A stretch of DNA of 57,663 nucleotides from Girardia tigrina (lineage: Eukaryota), in the NCBI GenBank assembly GCA_001938485.1, contig MQRK01197446.1:11445-69107 (forward strand), written 5' to 3'. Positions 46,933 through 57,663 of the stretch are shown piece by piece. Numbering within the stretch: the first letter of the stretch is position 1; each line of letters opens with the position of its first letter. The notes under the pieces are model-generated. The model saw nothing but the letters and a program-made list of their open reading frames with translations, had not been told where the DNA came from and did no database searches. Both the position numbers and the translations under genes were made by a program.

Positions 46933-47406
46933 TGTTGCAGAATAGTTAGTATCTCGAGGACACAGGTGCCCTATTTTAGTACCTTCTTAAGAGCCAGATT
47001 TACGTGTGTGAGGATTTTTTTGAATTATGTGTTGATATTGTGCATGTAGAATGTTGATTCGGATTGTGCCTCTTCTACACAGATTGATATTTTCTTTGAT
47101 TCATACTAATTGAAAATAATTTAATTTAATTTTAAAGTAAAAAGATTTTTAAATAATTATTGCATGTATTGTTTATTTTTAATGTAATTAAAAATTTTAA
47201 TATATTAATTTAATATGTTCTATTTTAAAAAAATGTTTAGATTTAATTTTAACCAATTAGATTCTTTATAATTAATAATTGATATTCATTTATTGAATTT
47301 AATTAGTTTGAAGGCAGAAAAAAATTTTGATCAAGAGAGATGTCAAATAGTGAATGCGCTTGTAATATTAATAAATGTTGTAAACCTCATATTGATGTTG
47401 TTAATA
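46933..47406 (+). repeat. Putative 5' LTR
   Basis: Starts TGTT at the break in the older element, has AATAAA at 47370, and ends TTAATA (one change from AACA) directly before the PBS. Confidence 0.55.
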
Positions 47407-47416
47407 TGGCGACCAC
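47407..47416 (+). promoter_or_regulatory. Primer-binding site TGGCGACCAC (likely tRNA-Arg)
   Basis: TGG start between LTR and gag; complementary to the ...GTGGTCGCCA 3' end recalled for tRNA-Arg(TCG). Confidence 0.6.
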
Positions 47417-48406
47417 AGCTCATGTGACAACGAACATTATGGGACACGAAAAATTTGATGGATCCGCGTCAAAATTAGATGATTTCATAAAAAATTTCGA
47501 ACGTTATGCGGATATTATGGGTATAACAGAAGATAGAAGATTAGTGATGGTGAAGATCTTCATGACTCCATCAGCAATCACAAAAATTTCAGAAGCAGAT
47601 GGAAATACGTATAAAGAAAAGCTTAAAACAGCATTTGTGAAAGAAAAATCTTTTGCTCGACACAATGAAGAATATTTTACATCTCCGATGGGGATCTTCA
47701 GATCCAGAAGAAACGTTCAAAAAAGCTGAAGAATTAGTAACGATATTAACAGAAAGTAAACTTTCTAAGAAAAAGCTGCTCAACCTTGTTTGCACGAATA
47801 TGGTTGACGATTATGAGGTGAAAAGAGAATTGAAATTGAGAGGAGCTACCGAAAAAAGGACATAAAAGATGTAGTTTCAAATATGTATGAACTACGCAAA
47901 ATGGAAAAAGAAGATATATTTGCAGCATACAATATGGTAGGTAAACATGATGAATGAAAAACGGTAGGTAAACGTAAACTACACTATATAGAACGCAACC
48001 AACAAAGAAATATCGAAAATAGGTGCACTAATCAAAGAAATAATGAATACAAACCGAGAAATAACTATTCAAAAGTTGTAAAATGCTGGGAATGCTACGA
48101 AGAAGGACACATCAGAAGATACTGTCCAAATATAAAGTGTTCTTATTGCAATAAAAATGGCCATATCAGGACGCAGTGCTACATGAACAATAATAAATTT
48201 AAAGAAAGACACCAATATACCAGGAAAAATGAATTGCAAAGAACAAATAACCCACGAAATCAACAGCGGCATCAAAATGGAAGATATGATATTGCAGAAA
48301 TGCATGATGAAAACGATTACAACGAATATGAAGAAACACGATCAAATGAAGTAAACTCGAGGCAAAGAACGTTTGCAGATAATAGACATGTATACGACAA
48401 AGACCA

Positions 48407-48453
48407 GGGAAACGAGGATGCACGATCACAAGGAGAGGTGATCAGTGTGCTTC
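48407..48453 (+). promoter_or_regulatory. gag-pol -1 ribosomal frameshift signal
   Basis: G_GGA_AAC in the gag frame with pol in the -1 frame; downstream stem GCACGATCAC-AAGGAGAG-GTGATCAGTGT. Confidence 0.8.
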
Positions 48454-51400
48454 ACTAAAAAGTAAAAATATGTGTGTATGTGACTGTGTATGTAATGGTA
48501 TGTATGACTGTATGTGTGATTGTGTATTAGAAGATATCCCTCTCGAAGTTTGTGAATTAGATTGTTGGAAAGAAGAATTTGAAACATACTGTTTTGATAA
48601 GGATATAAAGACAAAATCGCAAAAGTTGAAACAGGAAGAAATTTTGAAAATATCAAAGCTCAATATTAGATATGACAAATTGAATGGAAGACCAAGCATT
48701 GAATTTAATACAAAGAATATGAATGTTGAATGTCTTTTTGATACCGGTGCCAAAGTAAATGTTGTTAAAGCAGATATACTTAAAAATATGAAAGATGTTC
48801 AGATAGAAAAAACGAGTAAACGCATTCATTGTGCAAATGATTCAGAACTTATAAATTATGGAATTGTTAATTTAAAAGTAATAATTGAAGGAGTACAAAA
48901 AATTATAGAGTTTCATGTAGTCAAACAACTCAATCCAGGAATGATAGCAGGAGTTGACTTTTTGGACAAATTTGGAATAAAACTAAAGAAGGAAACTAGA
49001 GATTCAAGTGACATATGGATGATTAGAGATAGTCCAACAGATGATTATAGAGTAAAGAGAAATAAAGAAATAAATAATAATAAAGAAATGAGACTATTAA
49101 CAGAATATAAATCAATATTCATGGCTGACAAATGGGATGTTGGGAAAACTTCCTTAATGAAACACAAAATAGAAACTCGTGGAGAACCAGTCTTAGTGAA
49201 GCTTTATTGACTACCACAACATTTGGAAAAGAAACTAAATGAGGTCATTAGAAATTTTGAAGAAAACGGTGTAATTGAAAAGGGTAGTTCTCCATGGAAT
49301 TTCCCACTAGTGTGTGTATGGAAAAAAGAGAATCAAGACATCCGAGTATGTGTCGATTTTCGACAATTAAATAAAATTACGGTAAGACCGACATTTCCCA
49401 TGCCAAATATGGATGACATGTTAAACACTTTGAATGAAGCAAAATATTTTATTACAATCGATCTGGGAAATGCATATTATCAGGTTGAATTAGAAGAAGA
49501 TTCAAAGATTAAAATTGCGTTTTCAACAAAGAATGGTCAATATTGTTTTAAAAGAATGCCTTTTGGAATTGCAGCGGCTCCAGCTACCTTTCAAGAATTA
49601 ATGGTGAACGTTCTAGGAGATTTGAATTGGAAAGAAGCAGTCGTATATTTGGATGACATTTTGATTTTTGCAAAAGATAGAGAAGAACATCTTCAAAGAA
49701 TACATAACGTTTTTTGAGAAAATTAAAGAATCTGGTTTGAGAATAAATCCAGAGAAATGTCAATTCCTAGTAGAAAAAACGAAATTTTTAGGATATGTCA
49801 TAAGTAAAGAAGGTATTGAGACAGATAAAACAAAGATTGATGCAATTAGAAAATTTCAAAACCCATGATGTATCAAACATTTAAGAAGCTTTTTGGGTTT
49901 GACGAATTACTACAGGAAATTCATAAAGGATTACGCTAGATATGCAAAGGTTTTAGAAGGCTTATGTGGTAAGAGCAAGGATAAAAAACTTATTTGGACT
50001 GAAGAATGTGATGAAGCTTTTCAAAAATTAAAAGAAAGAATGATTAAGACACCAATTTTTACATACCCTCATTTTTCATAAGACTTTATACTCGATACAG
50101 ATGCATGTTTTAATACAATAAGAGCGGTGCTATCACAGAAAGATATATGCGGAAGAGAAAGAGTAATTGCATATGGTTCGCATAAAATGAATAAACATGA
50201 ACTTGGTTATTGCATTACAAGGACAGAACTGCTTGCAATTTATTATTTCACTAAACATTTTAAACATTTTTTTTATGGGAAAAGATTTTTGTTACGAACG
50301 GATCATAAAGCTATCACTTTTATGATGACGACGAAAAACGCTATTACACCACAGTTTCAAACATGTATAAATTTTCTTAGTGGCCTTGACATGAAAATAG
50401 AATATCGGAAAGGTGAGAAACATTCAAATGCTGACGCGATGTCTAGAAATTCTTGCGAATTGTGTAGTTAATGTCAGTCGATGCAAGAAGAAGCCAAGAA
50501 AGGAAAGATCAAGACGAGAATTCTTGCATTGAACGAAGAGTCAGTGGGTTTCAAATGGCAAAAGAATAATGAAGAAATAAAACAAATTGTTGAAGATATC
50601 AGAAAAGGAAAAACGAGGAAATGGACACTAAAAAATGACATCGTGGCAACTCAGGACAATAAATACTGGATCCCAAAAGAAAAACGAACAGATTTTATTG
50701 AAGAGATGCACAAGCTGTTATGCTATGCTGGTAGTAAAAAAGTCTATAACTATCTTCGAGAAGATTTTGACATGGAAAATATGAGGAATTTCATTAAAGA
50801 AATAGTCCAAATTGTCAAAAAAGAAAGACATTAACAGCGAAAACGAAAGAAAAACATATAAAATTGTCGGCAGATGAACCCTTCCAGAAATATACATGGA
50901 CTTCTGTGGACCATTCAAAAGAAACATAAACGGATATCAATACGTACTTGCAATAGTAGACCAATTCAGTAGATATATTAGCCTGAATGCAGTTGCTAGT
51001 CAAGATGAGCAAACAGTTCGTAGAGTGATATTGGACAGATGAAAATTTGGACCTCCAAAGGAAATCCATGTTGATAGAGGAAAAACATTTGAATCGGCTT
51101 TGTTCAAAGATACAGTTAAAAGGTTCAAAGTCGAGATAATCTATTCAAGTCCATATCATCATAATACAAATGGTATAGTGGAAAGACAATTTCGAACAAT
51201 CAGTGATGCTATAAATATTAGAATGAAGGACGGAAAGCACAGAGATTGGACAGAAGTTTTGTCGGAAATAGAATTTATGTTGAATAGTACAGTTCAAGCT
51301 ACGACAGGTGTTTCACCGGCTGAAATAATATTTGGGAGACGATTGAGACATTGGTGGAAGAACAATAAAGAAACTAAGAATAATAAACTAACTAATCCTT

Positions 51401-52291
51401 CATTTCAAATTTAAAGGATTGACTATTCGAACATAATTAAAATAATTATTTTATAAGTTCATATTTTTAATTTCACAATTAAAATTAAGTTTAATAATTT
51501 TTACTAAAATTTAAATTAAATGTATTTTTAATAATTTGATGATATTTTTATTATTTTAGGATTTATTGAGAAATGGTAAAAAAATATTATTTTTTAATTA
51601 ATATTATTTAGAGGTTAAATATTTTAAAAGATAACTTAGAAAAATTGTTCGAATAATCATGATTAAAACAGAAATAAGAAAATGAATTAGAACAATGAAA
51701 GACCTTCTGAGAGTTGTAATGACTCTAAATGTAATTGCAATAAAAATTCAAATGACACTTGTCTAAATGTTCTTAATACTGACAAAATCAATCCAATCAC
51801 ACTCGTCTCATGTACTCGTAGATTTGAAAATCTATTTCAAGGTTTTTTCGTGAACATTAAATATGATCGAACATCAAATTGATTTTGTGAACTAATCGGA
51901 ACACAGCACATAACAACTATTATTCTGTGATTCATTGTCATCCCAGAATGTTATAGCATCATCCAAAGAATACATTAAAAAGGTTTAATTTAAATATATT
52001 CAAAACACGTTTGTCATAATTTATTTACAATTTTCAACAAGACAAATGGAAACTCAATCTGGAGGATTTAAACAATTCATAATTTTCTAATTATTTTTTA
52101 TAAAACAAATAAATTATTCGTGGAAATCATAACAAAAATTAATGATATTTACATGAAATATATTTGCTATTTTTTGCACTTTATTTTTTTTTAATATTTT
52201 AAAACTCTTTTTCATAAAAGTCGTTCACAAAACAACTCGGTACAAATTTCATTCATTAAAAAAATTATGATTCATCAAAAAAAAAACTTCA

Positions 52292-53313
52292 ATGGACTTT
52301 AAATCAATATTCGATCAAATTAAAGTTCCGGTTCGACCAACTTCCGCAATTTTAATCACCGAGAAACAAATGTTGCATCTTTGTGGTAAATTTTAAGACA
52401 TAAATGGTCAGACCGTTTGTCAGCAAATGTACCTACAGAAAGACAGAGTCAAAGGTCTTGTCGTTTAAAAATTTACTTGGAAATGAAATTTTACTGGAAA
52501 TCTTGTAAAATAAATCTACAAAATACTTCATTTCAAATCACATTAAAAATATTTTATTTTGTCAAGCATGGTAGATGCAGACTACTTGTTTTCCTATGCC
52601 TCCAAACATAAATTTGGAATTATTCAAACGGTTTAAACGAATATTTCCGTCAACAAATACGCACGAAAAGTAAAAATGCGAAAAATTACAATACGTCTAT
52701 TGTTGATATTTAAATGACCAAGATATGTATCACGAATTTCCCATTTCCATTAGTTTTCATTGATTGCAAAAGCTGACAGTCTAAATGGCTATGAAGAAAA
52801 GTAATGAGGATGTAAAGGGAGAGAAATTATTATTAAGATATAAATAAAGGATGTTAAAATAAAATAGACTCCATTTTGGATAAGTAGTTGTTGGAGAGTG
52901 GCCAGGTAATAGCTGAAAATAATTTATTTATTGTTCAATGGTTGCTGGTTGTTGTTTTATTACAGATTAATTGTTTGTAGCAAGTCAGAGGATATTAATA
53001 TTAACTGGAAGAACAAACAATATAAATATACCACCAAAATTATCGTCATAATTTATCAATAAAAATATAAAGTGTTTTATTTTTCGTTCACGAATTCTTA
53101 TTTTCATTTCACTCTTTACCCTTTCTGGTAATATTTATATATTTTTATTGTAATAATAATTATTTTATTCAAATTAATAAATATGTTTTGTTGAATTATT
53201 ATTCAAATCGATATTTATGTTCTACTTCAGACATTTACCTTTCTGAAAAGGTGTCAATGGATTTTTATTGTTACGTTACCAAGCCACCAGATAATGTGAT
53301 GGTGGCGTCTGAG
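52292..53313 (+). CDS. Candidate small orphan gene (exons 52292-52385 and 53231-53313; 3' end unresolved)
   Basis: MDFKSIFDQIKVPVRPTSAILITEKQMLHLC|gtaaat joins in phase 1 to cttcag|DIYLSEKVSMDFYCYVTKPPDNVMVASE; no homology recognised. Confidence 0.3.
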
Positions 53314-54723
53314 GTTATAATATAAAAGTATTATAGCGATATTTTAGGTTTAGGAAGTCAGAGATGTCTTGAACTAAGCTAATGAAATTCCAAATTAAAA
53401 ATCTACATGGCCAAGAAAATAATTGTAAAGTAATATTAAATATAAAGAACACGGTAAAAATAATATGTAAATCTAATTTTTCAGGTTTCAAAATTATAAA
53501 AATATTCTGAATTTTTATTATTATTTAATATGTTGTTTAAAAATTATTTAATAATTATTAATATTATGTTTTGAAAATATAACTTGACTCTGAACTTTTT
53601 AGGACAAAAAGAATAAATAATTTATTGAATTCTTCTAATCGAAATATTATTCTTAAAGAATTTGAGACTTGTTATATAAAAGGAATTGAAGATTATTTGT
53701 AAATTACACTTAATTTTATAATGTATATAAAAATAATGGATTTCATTTCTCGAATGAAAGAGTGTACCAATCCGTTATTTTTATATATTATAGGTACTGA
53801 GTAACTAACCAGGTTAATCCAACTACGTCTTTGTTGGATGAACCTGTTTAGAGCAAAAAAGATAAATTCAACTAACAAATATAATAATCTTGGTTATAAC
53901 AGTTAACATTTTTTAATCAGAGAATATTTACTCACAATTACTAAACAATAGTTTAGAAGTTCGCTCAAATATAGTGGATATTCAATGAAATGTTCTTCGG
54001 ATGTTAAAAGCTCGTCGGCAATAAATAAAATGTTAAGTTTGTTCGTTGATCTATTGTATTTGATGGTAAAAAAAATCTTCTGATTTAGTCAGCCCGAAAA
54101 ATTATCGTGAAAAGTATTAGTTAATAACTACAAAACTGTTTCGCAAATTTTCTCCACTTGTCCGTTGAATTTCTAATAATAATCTTAGATTTATGATTAT
54201 TTACTTTTAACGATTTTCAATTCAAATTTCAATTTGCCATATCAAATTAAATTTGAACTGAATTATTTATATGAGCGATGTAAAACGCCCACACTCGTCC
54301 CGACCTGTTCCATCCTTTTTTTGAACTAAGAAATTTTCGACATGACTATAAATAGAGTCAGAATCTGTTTGTTGTAATAAACGATACAAAAAATAAAAAT
54401 TAAATACAAAAAAGAAAAACAAAACACAAGGACTAAATAAAATAGACCGATACCAAACTAAAAAAAAACTAAAATAAAAAACAAAAAAATCAAATATACT
54501 TACTCTGCAAAGATAAAAAATGACCAATATACACATTCGACAAAAAGAAAACATCACACAACCGAAAGTTACAGGATCAATGAGAAAGACGTGTTGAAAA
54601 AATATTGATAATTGCATGAGTGGGAGAAAACTCGCACTACAATGTAAAACAATTTTATACGTCTTTAAAGATGTTTTCATTTTAAAATTCCTTTTACGAA
54701 TTGTTAATTAATCAGTGTGTGTA

Positions 54724-55262
54724 CGTAGTGCGCCCATCAAATACCCGAAATGAAAGCCTAAAAATATAAAAATTTAATTGATTTTTTGTAATATATTCCT
54801 TGAGTATTAACAGATATAAAGGCAGAATCTGTACATTTTTGTCAATCGCAAAAAAAGAAAAAATAAAGATCTAATGGAAGCAAAACTTTTTTAGCAAATG
54901 GGCAGGACAAGTAGAACATTAAATATACATTAAACAAGGGACAATGGTCTATTATAGTACACACATCTTATTTGGGCTCTGACAGTCCTAAAATCATTAA
55001 TCAAATGCAAGATGTTAATTTGTTTATATGATTTCTTAACCTTACGGTCCAACTGCATGATGTTCGTTGCCTCCGAGCATCCCTATAAACTTCGAATTTA
55101 AGATTGATCCAAAGAGTCTCTATTGGATGTCATTGGGGAATGTTTGGAGGGTTGAATGTCTTGGGTACAAATGGGATATGAAGTGACTCCAACAATTGCA
55201 GCGTGGAATTTGCGTAATGTGCTGACGCAAGGTCTGACCAGAACATAATATTTCTCTCTCAG
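54724..55262 (-). mobile_element. DD37E-type IS630-Tc1-mariner 3' fragment
   Basis: FWSDLASAHYA...FVPKTFNPPNIPQ*HPIETLW, with 37 residues between D and E. Confidence 0.8.
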
Positions 55263-55799
55263 TATATAATATAATATATAATATATATAAATAAAAAAAT
55301 CAATATTAATATTAATACAAAATTAGCAGATACATTAAATACTAATTACAACTATATCATAATTTCTACGGGGTATTTACCTACGGATTTCTCACAAACC
55401 GATCGGAAATTCACGAAATCAGCGATTGCAATAGAACGAGCGTCCAGTGTCGATACTCACCTTACCGAAGAATCGTTCTATCGCTGGTGGATTATTATTT
55501 CCCCTGAAAGTGAATCTCTGAGATAATCTATTATCTCAAAATCTCATCGTGCAACCAATTAATTCGTTGACTTTTCCATCAATATCGTTGCAACAGAAGA
55601 TCTTTCCTTAGAAATCTTTGAACAATAGACACAAATCGAAACCGAAATTTATCCTCTCTTGTATGTCATTTTTTTGTTCTATATGTTTATTTATATTGCG
55701 TAAAAATAAAGTTTTATTTATATTTACCTTTATTTTTGTTACGTTAAAGGAGCTCACTGAAACGCGTTTTCAGTTAGCTCTTTTATAAATTGGTGTCAG

Positions 55800-55950
55800 A
55801 ACAAAACGAAACACGCCTCAAAACAATCACTACACAAACTCACAACACAACACAACACAATACATAAAATAACAACTTCATAACACAACACAACTCAACA
55901 TAACAACAACAACACACACTCACAGACAACACATAACACAATATACACAA
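55800..55950 (+). repeat. CA-rich low-complexity (ACACA/ACA)n tract
   Basis: Degenerate CACAA and ACA repeats. Confidence 0.7.
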
Positions 55951-56101
55951 TAAAAATGCTCAGATCAAAAAAATACAAATTCGCTTTTGCGTCGATTGAT
56001 TTTTTATTTTTTACTAGATAAAATTTAACATTAAATAATTTAATTAATTAAGTAACATTAATAAAAACATTAAATTTGTTTTAATAATTGCAAATTTTAA
56101 T

Positions 56102-57064
56102 ATGGACATGAGCAGTAAACGCAAATCTTCCTGAAAGGCTTTAACGCTAGATGTAAAATTAAGCGCTTTGATCGTGGAAATACGGCTGTAGATATTGGAA
56201 GGTCTCTTACGTTGCCAGTATCGACAGTTAAAAGCATTAGAAAACCGGTATACTTCGAAAATAAAGGAATGTGGTAAAAATTCCACTCAATTGTTATCCC
56301 GACAATGTACTCGCAACAGATCCACTTTAATGGTCAGAAAGGAATCACTTCTAATAGTGAGGATACAGGAGCAGAATTACCGTAGGATGCCTCTAAACAA
56401 GATATTCGTCAAAGAAAAGGCAAAATCAATCTTTGCCAGTTTAACATTACAAGAGCCCATATGGGTGGTTTGATCGATTTAGAAACAGAGAAAATTTACA
56501 TAATTTAAGACTTAGAGGTGAAGCAGCCAGTTGTGATAGTGTTGCGGCAGCAGAGTTTCCATAGAAACTCAAAACAATAATTCAAGATGGGGGATATTGT
56601 GCAAAACAAATTTTTAATGTGGCCAAATTTTTATTTTGGAAGCGTCTACCAAACAAGACATACATTCCAAAAGTTGAAAAAAATGCGCAAGACTTTAAAG
56701 CCTGTAAAGAGCGCCTAACACTTCTGTTGGGTGGAAATGCTGCTGGGGATTATAAATTTAAACCACTGTTAATTTATGCATCTGAAAATTCCAAGCCTTT
56801 AAAAGGAATACAAAAGAGAAGCCTCCCAGTAAATTATCGATGGAATAAAAAAGCCTGGATGACTGCTACTTTATTTCGTGACTGGATGTCCTCTTGTGCC
56901 ATTCCAGAATTGAGGTCATATTGTGAGAAAGAACGTTTAGAATTTAAAATTCTAATTGTATTGGTCAACGCACCAAGTCATCCAGTTGATTTGGATGAAC
57001 TTACAGAAAATATAAAGTTCGTTTTTTTGCCCCAAACACAACTGTAATATTACAACCGATTGAC
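56102..57064 (+). mobile_element. Degenerate pogo/Tigger (TIGD1-like) transposase, truncated by a GC-rich repeat
   Basis: GWFDRF, GEAAS, LFWKRLP, KERLTLLLGGNAAGD, NKKAWMT, NAPSHP and LQPID motifs with stops and frameshifts. Confidence 0.9.
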
Positions 57065-57663
57065 CGATGGACTATATCAGTAGGGGAAAAATGGGCATTC
57101 TCCCCACATGACCCCCCCCCGGGGGGGGTCACGGTTGCCATGGCAACGGTCGCGATCACCATAGCAACGGGCGCGGTTACCATGGCAACGGTCGCGATCA
57201 CCTTAGCAACGGTCGCGGTTACCATGGCAACGGTCGCGATCACCTTGGCAACGCTTCCGATTGGCCGCCCGGTTCCCTAGCAACGGTCGCGATCACCTTN
57301 NNNNNNNNNNNNNNNNNNNNNNNNNNNNNNNNNNNNNNNNNNNNNNNNNNNNNNNNNNNNNNNNNNNNNNNNNNNNNNNNNNNNNNNNNNNNNNNNNNNN
57401 NNNNNNNNNNNNNNNAACGCTTCTGATTGGTCGACGGTTCACTAGCAACGGTCGTACATACATATTGTCTAAAGTGGGGCAGAACATACATATAGTGGGG
57501 CAGAACATACATATAGTGGGGCAGAACATACATATAGTCTAAACTGAGGAGAAAAAAGTGCTAATCGATCACTGCACAGTGTCCAAATGTGCTAATCGAT
57601 ATTTTAAAAGTGCTAATCGATAGTGCACATTTTGCCACACATTTCTAATGTGCTAGCACAGTG
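57065..57663. repeat. Composite GC-rich repeat with 21-bp tandem arrays
   Basis: C9/G8 palindrome at 57109-57131; 21-bp units GGTTRCCATGGCAACGGTCGC alternating with GATCACCWTRGCAACGG..; AGTGGGGCAGAACATACATAT x3; GTGCTAATCGAT x3. Confidence 0.85.

Larger units (their letters stand above)
46933..51414 (+). mobile_element. Ty3/Gypsy LTR retrotransposon, degenerate, 3' LTR missing
   Basis: Candidate 5' LTR 46933-47406 and PBS; gag with two CCHC knuckles (CWECYEEGHIRRYC, CSYCNKNGHIRTQC); protease FDTGA; RT YLDD; RNase H DHKA and NADAMSR; integrase DFCGPF...NGIVER; several stops and frameshifts. Confidence 0.93.

Noticed and set aside
54279-54573. Solo LTR (TGTAA...TTACA with TATAAA and AATAAA)
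   Set aside because: No target-site duplication and no second copy in the window.
7415-55660. Stop-codon reassignment (TAA/TAG read as Gln) suggested by several frames with isolated stops
   Set aside because: The roughly 648 ARMC3 codons contain no internal stop and use CAA/CAG. The broken frames contain all three stop types, as expected for decay.
55380-55660. Coding-like island
   Set aside because: Stops occur in every frame examined, with no recognisable motif or consistent exon model.
55750-55780. Hairpin GAGCTCACTGAAA...TTTCAGTTAGCTC as an ncRNA or terminator
   Set aside because: Short and isolated, with no ncRNA hallmarks.
57001-57542. Repetitive ORFs (VIATVAM..., YMYVLPH...)
   Set aside because: They are by-products of 21-bp tandem repeats whose length is divisible by three.
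57133-57663. CRISPR-like array
   Set aside because: The units are contiguous tandem repeats without unique spacers, there are no cas genes, and the context is eukaryotic.

Overview
AT-rich eukaryotic (probably invertebrate animal) genomic DNA with several assembly gaps; the organism cannot be named from sequence alone. The one confidently identified host gene is the 3' part of ARMC3 (armadillo repeats plus a C-terminal EDR1-like domain): 15 phase-consistent GT-AG exons on the + strand from 2140 to the stop at 29282, with the 5' exons outside the window. Its introns are either about 41-54 nt or several kb and filled with nested, mostly decayed transposons: Tc1, mariner, hAT, MULE, Chapaev3, piggyBac-type and Helentron-like non-autonomous elements, Gypsy and LINE remnants. 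Downstream lie two or three candidate orphan genes (one with SUMO-interacting-motif-like segments, one probably a pseudogene) and a Mos1-like mariner. There is also a 3'-truncated Gypsy element with a clear -1 frameshift signal, and two copies of an unusual LTR-type element that combines a DIRS-like RNase H with a DDE integrase. The window ends with a DD37E fragment, a Tigger/pogo transposase and a GC-rich tandem array of RFX X-box-like motifs. No rRNA, tRNA or CRISPR features were seen. Family assignments come from recalled motifs, not database searches.
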